From Candidatus Zixiibacteriota bacterium (GTDB lineage Bacteria; Zixibacteria; MSB-5A5; GN15; JACZUZ01): a DNA stretch of 64,000 nucleotides. A program made the translations under genes and the position numbers. Each line of letters starts with the position of its first letter. The stretch's first letter is position 1. The stretch is taken from contig JAJRPJ010000018.1 of assembly GCA_024280835.1 (NCBI GenBank), positions 5,390-69,389 of the forward strand, given 5' to 3'. Shown piece by piece: positions 10,201-16,519 of this stretch. The notes under the pieces are model-generated. The model ran no database searches and was not told the DNA's origin. It saw only the letters and a list, made by a program, of their open reading frames with translations.

Positions 10201-11189
10201 GCTCCATAGCGCACAACGGCGACACCGCCGACTGCCTCGGCTCCACCTTTATCAAGAGCGCCACGTCTTGGCTGAGGCCCAAAGACAACTTGAGCTACAT
10301 TTTTGACATAGATTGGCGTTGTGCCTTCGACTCGAATCACAGCGTTTTCTATATCCGAGAGGTTCTTGATAAATCCTAAACCCCGAATGATATATTCAAC
10401 GCCATTGACTTCGATTGTCCGTGCACCGACGTCATTGTTGGCCATTTTGACGGCATGGAAGACATCACTGAGTTTCACACCATAGGCGCGCATGGCATCC
10501 GGGTCGACGTCAATTTGATATTCGCGCACATAGCCACCAACTGAGGCCACTTCACTGATACCATCGACTGCTTGTAGCCCATAGCGGACATAGAAATCCT
10601 GTGTTGAACGAAGTTCATCAAGATTCCAGCCACCAGTTTGCTCGCCAGTTTCGACATCAAACCCTTCCAGTGTATACCAATATACTTGTCCAAGACCTGT
10701 GGCATCAGGGCCTAGAGCTGGTGACACGCCAGGCGGTAGTGTATTCGACGGAAGACTGTTAAGTTTTTCAAGTATCCTCGAACGTGACCAATAGAAATCT
10801 ACATTTTCTTTGAAAATAACATAGATCGATGAAAATCCGAACATTGAAAAACTACGGACAGTTTTTACATCCGGCAGACCTAGCAATGAAACCGTCAGCG
10901 GATACGAAACTTGATCTTCAATATCCTGCGGCGAATGACCTGGCCAATTAGTGAAAACAATTTGCTGGTTTTCGCCAATATCCGGAATTGCATCCACAGG
11001 GACAGGATCACGAGGCAAGCCACCGACATCCCAATCGAATGGCGCTACCATCACTCCCCAAAGCATCAACGCAGCTGTCAAAGCGCCAACAATGAACTTA
11101 TTGTCAATGCAAAACAGGATGAGTTTGCCGATCAAACCCTTGGGAACAATCTCCTCAACAGGGTTTGCGTTATTGTTTGGTTCAGCCAT
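7257..11189 (-). CDS. cusA: CusA/CzcA-family heavy-metal efflux RND permease, long form (1310 aa)
   Basis: Typical RND N-terminus (LIGKLILFCIDNKFIVGALTAALMLWG), periplasmic porter domains and TM bundles. Last gene of an operon with TolC-like and CusB-like genes. It is longer than the roughly 1040-aa canonical form I remember. Confidence 0.9.
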   Translation of the reverse strand: MAEPNNNANPVEEIVPKGLIGKLILFCIDNKFIVGALTAALMLWGVMVAPFDWDVGGLPRDPVPVDAIPDIGENQQIVFTNWPGHSPQDIEDQVSYPLTVSLLGLPDVKTVRSFSMFGFSSIYVIFKENVDFYWSRSRILEKLNSLPSNTLPPGVSPALGPDATGLGQVYWYTLEGFDVETGEQTGGWNLDELRSTQDFYVRYGLQAVDGISEVASVGGYVREYQIDVDPDAMRAYGVKLSDVFHAVKMANNDVGARTIEVNGVEYIIRGLGFIKNLSDIENAVIRVEGTTPIYVKNVAQVVFGPQPRRGALDKGGAEAVGGVAVVRYGANPLAAIKNLKQKIAEISPGLPTKTLSDGRVSQLKIVPFYDRSELIHETLETLDEALTLEILVTIIVVIISLMSLRSSLLVSGLLPIAVLMSFAAMKVFAIDANIVALSGIAIAIGTMVDMGIVMSENIISGISRAPAGADMRKVIYEAANEVGSAVLTAVATTVVSFLPVFTMVASEGKLFKPLAYTKTFALIASVVVALTVIPAFAQALLVIRKKAQGKQVSSRVRFTMPALFVIVGIGLAIYGMLWAALILVVVGVWRIVSHRLPAKVVKYTPWFANGVAAAIAMGLLAKEWSPLGIEGGQIINFAFVLFLMGTLLYAFDLLKRYYVAMLNWVLNHRPLFLSATSALVLMGVMVWIGFDGVFGWMPRAVKTAPGISSIAHAFPGLGKEFMPPLEEGSFLFMPTTMPHAGIGEAKDMLSIQDAMIASIPEVTTVVGKLGRTESPLDPAPVSMFETVVNYHKEYYTDSAGNALFKYDEDDKDLFRNLKGEPVSAPDGEPYLVRGKFLRDASGRLIPDEDGFPFRLWRKALDPTLNDDREAWAGITSSRDIWDALIGVTELPGVTSAPFLEPIAARLVMLQSGMRAPMGIKVKGPNLKVIEDVGVQMERFLKEVPSVNPPSVFADRIIGKPYLEIEIDREAIARYGIKLDDALSVIEVAVGGKPITMTVEGRERYPVRVRYLRELRDDLESLGRILVPTKDGAQIPLEQLATINYVSGPQNIKSEDTFLTGYVLFDKKPGHAEVDVVEEAQAYLQLKIDDGELIIPNGVNYKFAGSYENQIRAMKTLSLVVPIALLVIMFILYLQFKSILTTLLVFAGVFVAWSGGFIMIWLYGQGWFMNFSFFGENMRELFNMHQINLSVAVWVGFLALFGIATDNGVVISAFLDQSFARNKPKTIKEVRHSVVEGSQRRIRPALMTTATTLLALLPILTSTGRGSDIMIPMAIPSFGGMTVALLTIFTVPVLYSIIEERKLKRRLALSQ

Positions 11190-11190
11190 A

Positions 11191-11592
11191 CTAGTGATCC
11201 TTGTGCTCTTGACCAGTTACTTTGTTGTCTGTTGCTTTGGTGTTTGATTCTTTTGTGCCTTTGAAGACTCTCTTGGAAATACCGCACTTCAACATTTTGG
11301 TCCCATAGTATGGGTTCTGCGAATTACTGTCTCTCTGGAGCCATAGAGCGCCTTCGCCATCAAACGCCATTGGGCAGAAGAATTGATAGACAGAATTGTC
11401 ACCTACACCGTAGTTGTCCGCATAGGCAGTGATAGACATGGTCACGTGTTCAAAGTTCACCCGCGTTGAGCTAAGATCCTTTGAGCCAGCTACCAATTTT
11501 GAGGCTCTGAGGGCTTGGTTGGTGAGAGAGTCGAAGGTTGAATTGCCTTGGGCGGCTGAGCGGTCAACGGTAAAATCCATTAACACTTTCAT
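11191..11592 (-). CDS. DUF3347-type putative metal-binding protein (C-terminal part of the domain)
   Basis: YQFFCPMAFDGEGALWLQRDSNSQNPYYGTKMLKCG matches the CPM...WL...NPY.G..ML.CG signature I recall for DUF3347. The track start at 11595 is TTG. An ATG at 11592-11590 shares one base with the cusB TGA stop (TGATG). Confidence 0.7.
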   Translation of the reverse strand: MKVLMDFTVDRSAAQGNSTFDSLTNQALRASKLVAGSKDLSSTRVNFEHVTMSITAYADNYGVGDNSVYQFFCPMAFDGEGALWLQRDSNSQNPYYGTKMLKCGISKRVFKGTKESNTKATDNKVTGQEHKDH

Positions 11593-13142
11593 CAACTTCC
11601 ATTGGAGGATTGTGCCGCCTCAAAATCGTCAGAACGTAGAGCTTCTTGTAAGTCAAAATAGTTTTCAAAGGCTGGACTCAAGTCCTTCGGCGCTTTCATC
11701 GACTTCATTGATTTCATCGAAGTTTTCTTCGACGCTTTGTTAGACTTCCGACTGGCAGTTGAATCACTCATTTTCATACTGCTGTTGCTGCCCATACTAC
11801 CATGGTCATGCCCACTTTTAGGCCCGCCGCCAGAGGCGTACATCATGCTTGGCTTGGCTTGAATCTGCATAGCCGCATCAATCTTGAATGCGCCTTTAGT
11901 GACAATCAGCTCACCTTCTTCAAGTCCTTCTTTGACTATATACATGTTCGCGCTACGCGCTCCGAGAACCACTTCACGTCCACTGAATGACGACGGCTTA
12001 TTTGCATCTTGCACATAGACAAGCGCTCGTTTGCCAGTTATTAACGGCGCACTCGCAGGAATCACTAGTGGTATACCCGATTCTGCAGTTTCGATGTCCG
12101 AATAGGCGATAGCATGGGCGAACATACCAGGCTTGAGACGACCGTTTTCATTGTTGACTTCGACACGCGCTCGTACAGTTCGTGATTTAGGATTCAATGT
12201 TGGATCGATAAAAGTAATCTGGCCTACGAATGTTTCTCCAGGATAAGTATTGGTGGTGAAAGTTACTTCTTGCTTGAGACGCAGATGATTTAAGTCTGAT
12301 TCATAGGCGTCAAGCGATAGCCAAACAGTTGATAAATCAGCCAGAGTAAATATTCTCGTTCCTGATTTAACATAATCGCCTTCGGTTCTATTGCGAGTAA
12401 TCACTACACCTTCGAGTGGGGAGTAGATTGTTATACTCTCACGAATTACACCAGTCTTCTCTAGTTTGGCGATTTGCTTTTTTGTGATACCCCACAAACG
12501 CAATTTATCTCTGGCAGCGGCGATTGTAGTTTCTGCGCTCTCACGCACTACGGCGAGACGACTGGCACGTAGCTCATCGCGTGACACTAGAGCCTGAAGG
12601 AGTTCCTCTTGGGCTGAGATCAATTCAGGGCTGTAGATTTCCGTCATTGGCTCGCCCTTTTTAACAGTCACACCTGTGAAATTCACAAATAACTTTTCGA
12701 TTCTACCTGGGAACCAAGCATTGATATTTCTTTGTTTGGTTTCGTCATATTCAACTAAGCCGACCATACGCACTTCTCGAGTGACAACGTGACGCTCAAC
12801 TGGCGTAACTTGAACGCTTGCCAACCGACGGGCGTTTTCTCCGAGAACAATTGAGCGTTCGCCGCCGTCATCAACGCTAACAGTCGCTGGTATCAAATCC
12901 ATGCCACATATCGGACAGGCGCCAGCCTCTGGCATACGAATTTGGGGGTGCATTGAACATGTCCAAACTGTCGCTTGCTCAGCGCCATTGTCGGCCAGCA
13001 TTGTAGTGTTAGATTTTGATTGGGTATCGTTGTCACTTGAACTGCATGCGCTCAAGGAGACTGTTAGACCGATAGCGGCAATCAATGCTAAAACCCTTAT
13101 CGCGCTGTGAGCGCGTCCTGTCTGTTTCATAATTCTCTTCAT
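11592..13142 (-). CDS. cusB: efflux RND periplasmic adaptor, CusB-like, with N-terminal heavy-metal-binding domain
   Basis: WTCSMHPQIRMPEAGACPICGMDLIP is the metal-binding motif common in CusB proteins. It is followed by HlyD-type lipoyl/beta-barrel sequence, and an S/K/M-rich tail. Confidence 0.85.
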   Translation of the reverse strand: MKRIMKQTGRAHSAIRVLALIAAIGLTVSLSACSSSDNDTQSKSNTTMLADNGAEQATVWTCSMHPQIRMPEAGACPICGMDLIPATVSVDDGGERSIVLGENARRLASVQVTPVERHVVTREVRMVGLVEYDETKQRNINAWFPGRIEKLFVNFTGVTVKKGEPMTEIYSPELISAQEELLQALVSRDELRASRLAVVRESAETTIAAARDKLRLWGITKKQIAKLEKTGVIRESITIYSPLEGVVITRNRTEGDYVKSGTRIFTLADLSTVWLSLDAYESDLNHLRLKQEVTFTTNTYPGETFVGQITFIDPTLNPKSRTVRARVEVNNENGRLKPGMFAHAIAYSDIETAESGIPLVIPASAPLITGKRALVYVQDANKPSSFSGREVVLGARSANMYIVKEGLEEGELIVTKGAFKIDAAMQIQAKPSMMYASGGGPKSGHDHGSMGSNSSMKMSDSTASRKSNKASKKTSMKSMKSMKAPKDLSPAFENYFDLQEALRSDDFEAAQSSNGS

Positions 13143-13196
13143 CTTAATATTTCTTTCTTGTATTTCGTAAAACTATCAGATTACCAAACGTTTCTA

Positions 13197-14570
13197 TTAA
13201 TTGGTTAGCTTGGCTCCAACAAGCGCCTCAATATTGGCGAGACTTTGTCTATGGATTGTCAATGAGCGTTCTAATGCTAGTAAATAGCCGAACAGCTCTC
13301 TTTGCAATTCTATTAGATTACGAAAATCCGTTTTTCCCGTCTGAAACTCTCGCTGGGTAACTGTCAGCGCTTGAGTCGCTCGGGGAATCATGGCATTCTC
13401 GTAAAGATCAATTTTTCGCAAAGCATTGCGATACATAAATAGCTTGGCGGAAAGCTCTGCAGAGAGCATGTTCTCTGTTTCTCTCCGAGATTCAAGCGCC
13501 GAGCGATTACGCGACTTGGCTTCGCGCTTTTCAGCTTTGTATTTCCCAAACCAAATTGGCAAACTCAAGCCGACTTTTGCAATAATCGGATCTTTGCCAC
13601 TTTCAAAAACACTTGAATTCAGAGCGTCATTGGTTTGAATGTAATCGACACCAAAAGTCAGATTTGGCGCCGCTCCACGATTGGCCAATTTCATGCCAGC
13701 GATTGTAGCGAGAACTAACTTGTCGCGCTCATGTAATACTGGGCTGCGTTCAACCGCCAGTTCCAATACCGCATCATCACTAATTGTCATCGACCTAACT
13801 ATTGGCTCGGTGTTCAACGCTACAATTGCATTGGGCTGACGATCTAGAACAGAATTGAATGCCACCAAGAGAGTGGCATACCGTTCCTTCTGGGTTTGCA
13901 AATCATCCGATAGACGCGCTTGCTCAATTTGCACTTGCGCCAATTTCCCTTGTGAGAGCAGGGCCGAACTATACTTCGCTAGGGCCACATTTTCCCATTC
14001 GTTGACTAGTGACAAGTGGTCTTGAACAATCGCAATTGATTTATCGATATAATAAAGCTCAAAATATATATTTGTAACCTGAGCTTCTAATTGCAATTTA
14101 CGAGCAATATATCTCTGCTCAGCGGCATTGGCTTTTTCGAGAGCGACTGATTTTCGCAATCCAAGTTTTCCAAACCAAGGCATTGACTGACTCAGAGAAA
14201 ATTTGCGCTGCTGCGCTCCAACCCGAGTTTCTACAGACTCAAATTGCTCAGCAAAGCCAATCTTCGGGTCTGGCAAAGCGCCCACTTGGGGCGCACGCGC
14301 CAATTCCGCTTGCCAGCGATGGAAAGCTGCGCTGATAGCGGGAGAATTCTCATCTGCATAGGACAAATAATCCGACAATGTCGATTCTTCACTCAGGGCT
14401 ATCGAACCTTCGTCTAAACGCTGCGCATTTGCAATTCCATAGACAAACGGAATCAGCATCAATCCGAGAACAATCGCACTTCGCAAATAGTATTTCAAAC
14501 AATTTTCGGTTTTGACTTTTGTGATAAACACAGTCACTTCTTTCCTCTCCATGATGCGGCATTGCATCAC
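13197..14570 (-). CDS. TolC-family outer membrane efflux protein (CusC-like)
   Basis: Two-repeat coiled-coil outer membrane efflux protein pattern, located immediately upstream of cusB. The true start may be an internal Met (MERKEV...). Confidence 0.8.
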   Translation of the reverse strand: MMQCRIMERKEVTVFITKVKTENCLKYYLRSAIVLGLMLIPFVYGIANAQRLDEGSIALSEESTLSDYLSYADENSPAISAAFHRWQAELARAPQVGALPDPKIGFAEQFESVETRVGAQQRKFSLSQSMPWFGKLGLRKSVALEKANAAEQRYIARKLQLEAQVTNIYFELYYIDKSIAIVQDHLSLVNEWENVALAKYSSALLSQGKLAQVQIEQARLSDDLQTQKERYATLLVAFNSVLDRQPNAIVALNTEPIVRSMTISDDAVLELAVERSPVLHERDKLVLATIAGMKLANRGAAPNLTFGVDYIQTNDALNSSVFESGKDPIIAKVGLSLPIWFGKYKAEKREAKSRNRSALESRRETENMLSAELSAKLFMYRNALRKIDLYENAMIPRATQALTVTQREFQTGKTDFRNLIELQRELFGYLLALERSLTIHRQSLANIEALVGAKLTN

Positions 14571-14710
14571 ACTGTTAATCTCGCCACCACAATCATCAGT
14601 GAATGATGTTATGGATACGTGTGTTTCCCAACAAATTGAAAAACATCTCGTGTCCCCATTCGCAATAATAGTTACACAAGAAAGAACAACCAGTTAAATA
14701 TGGAAAAGGA

Positions 14711-15337
14711 TCAGCAACGAAGCATTTGTGAACCGATACCCGAGAGAATAGATGGTTCAGCTGGAAGGATCGAGAAAGTCCACTTGGAATCTCTTACAGA
14801 GAATGAAGCGTCGGCCAAAGTAGAATAAACTTGGACGGTTGAGATCGTATTGTTCTGCCGCTCCTGCTCAAGACTACGTGGCGGAGGTGGTGGAATTGAT
14901 TTTGTATCATTCTGCAATTGCGAAGCACATGAGCCGAAATGGTCGCAGGATGCTTGTTTGGTATTTGTAGTTGCCGGCAAGCCTAGAATTGGGGAGATGG
15001 GGTCGGCATCAGATATCCGCAATTGCGCTGTTTCAGCTTCGCCAGTTGAGCAGCATGATGATTTTGATGTTTTGACTTTTTGTACTTCGACTTTTTTAGT
15101 TTCTTGGGAAGAATTCGAGCAACAACAAGAAGAACGCTCTGTATCGAACGCTCTATTAGATTGAGACATAGGGCATGAGCCACTATTACTAGTTACTTCT
15201 ACGACAGGGGCGTCGAGAGAACAACCGCCGCATGAACCAGCTACAATCGACGAAGCGGTTAAAGCAACGAGAGCTATAGTTGAGAACACGCGCAGTAGCG
15301 TCGAAGTTCTTAAATATGTGAAGATACTCTTGTTCAT
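14711..15337 (-). CDS. secreted/membrane-anchored cysteine-cluster protein, first gene of the cus operon
   Basis: Signal anchor LLRVFSTIALVALTASSIVAG, then SCGGCS, GSCPM, SSCCCS, SSCCS and SCDHFGSC clusters plus a PPPPP stretch. Co-directional with the TolC-like gene and 140 bp upstream of it. I recognise no family. Confidence 0.55.
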   Translation of the reverse strand: MNKSIFTYLRTSTLLRVFSTIALVALTASSIVAGSCGGCSLDAPVVEVTSNSGSCPMSQSNRAFDTERSSCCCSNSSQETKKVEVQKVKTSKSSCCSTGEAETAQLRISDADPISPILGLPATTNTKQASCDHFGSCASQLQNDTKSIPPPPPRSLEQERQNNTISTVQVYSTLADASFSVRDSKWTFSILPAEPSILSGIGSQMLRC

Positions 15338-15592
15338 CTTATGTTTTCTTGCGTGTCTCTTAACAACTTTTACACTGTCATAAACTCCGGCGCGAAATTC
15401 ACTTTCACACCGCTATCGTATATATCGGCAATCGGAGCGCTTTTGGCAACCTAATTCAATGCCATACCTTAACACCGACTAATTATATACATGAAATAGG
15501 AGTGATCGGTTCCATCTCCGACGAGTCATAATTTGGACAGATTTATTATGCACTCCCATTCATTGCCCTCTACACCTTACGTCTAAATAAGC

Positions 15593-15661
15593 AATTACTT
15601 GGCCAACGCTATGTCCAATAACAACTTAAATCTGGCCAACTTAATCTAATTACTTGACCAA
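15593..15661. promoter_or_regulatory. three copies of an AATTACTTGGCCAA-like motif (palindromic TTGGCCAA core)
   Basis: aattacttggccaa at 15593-15606, a partial copy (atctggccaa) ending at 15639, and aattacttgaccaa at 15648-15661. They lie between the dockerin-protein stop and the cus operon start. Confidence 0.25.
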
Positions 15662-15686
15662 TTTGAGTAAGTAGTTAGAAGAAATC

Positions 15687-16187
15687 TCAGAAAATCACAT
15701 CGATAAGACAAACCACATCGCTTATCTCTATGCGGCCGTTGCTGTTACAATCGCCCTGCTCGAGGCATTCAATGGCCTCCCCGCCTAGGAAGATATAGCT
15801 TATCAGAGCCACGATATCTGAGACATTTATGCGGCCATCATTGTTGACGTCATTTTGAACAGAACTACATAACGTAGAGCAACCTTCAGTTATCGTGTTT
15901 TGCCTTATACAACGACTCGAACAACCGCAAAAATAATTTGAGTCATGCCGACCAGTCACGTGCACTCGATCGCCTGCGCCAAAGCCAAAGTAATTATCGA
16001 GCGAGTAGATTCCTGGGTGATGATCTGGTGCAAAAACAAGACAGCCATCATTGGTTAGTCGCAATGACCCGCAATCATCAAAATTACCAGCCGCCCATAA
16101 GCTACTTGCACTGAACATCAGAGCCAGAGAAATGGCCCCAACGCTTGAAATCATTCTTGTAAGAAGTGTCTGTTTGTGAATCATCAT
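15687..16187 (-). CDS. small Cys-rich secreted protein with C-terminal dockerin-like module
   Basis: Signal peptide ISLALMFSASSLWAAG. The C-terminus carries duplicated EF-hand-like loops: DVNNDGRINVSDIVALISYIF and GDCNSNGRIEISDVVCLIDVIF. Confidence 0.6.
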   Translation of the reverse strand: MMIHKQTLLTRMISSVGAISLALMFSASSLWAAGNFDDCGSLRLTNDGCLVFAPDHHPGIYSLDNYFGFGAGDRVHVTGRHDSNYFCGCSSRCIRQNTITEGCSTLCSSVQNDVNNDGRINVSDIVALISYIFLGGEAIECLEQGDCNSNGRIEISDVVCLIDVIF

Positions 16188-16451
16188 AATTTGAATTGGT
16201 CGAAGAATGTCTTTAGAAGGAGCAATCAGCTCCGCTCGAAAACAATGATATTGAGCGCCGTAATCGGTAAGTTCTTGTGAAGAAGTGTTTCTGTGAGGAA
16301 AATTATCCTGAGACCGGAGTGACTCAGAATTACAGCAAACAATTAGTATTCAGACAGGTCTAAGACTTCTCTGCCGTCAAATTATACTCAACGCCCCGTA
16401 AAAGGTCAAATACATTTTTCCCAGCTCGTCGACTGGCCCATAGGCTCACAT

Positions 16452-16494
16452 ACAAGAAATCAAGAAGAGCAGGGTCAGTTTCCTAACCCTGCTC
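16452..16494 (-). terminator. rho-independent terminator of the 963-aa gene
   Basis: gagcagggt (16467-16475) pairs with accctgctc (16486-16494). On the minus strand the hairpin is followed by ttcttgatttctt. Confidence 0.6.
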
Positions 16495-16519
16495 TCGCAA
16501 TCAAATTCTGAAAACTTCA

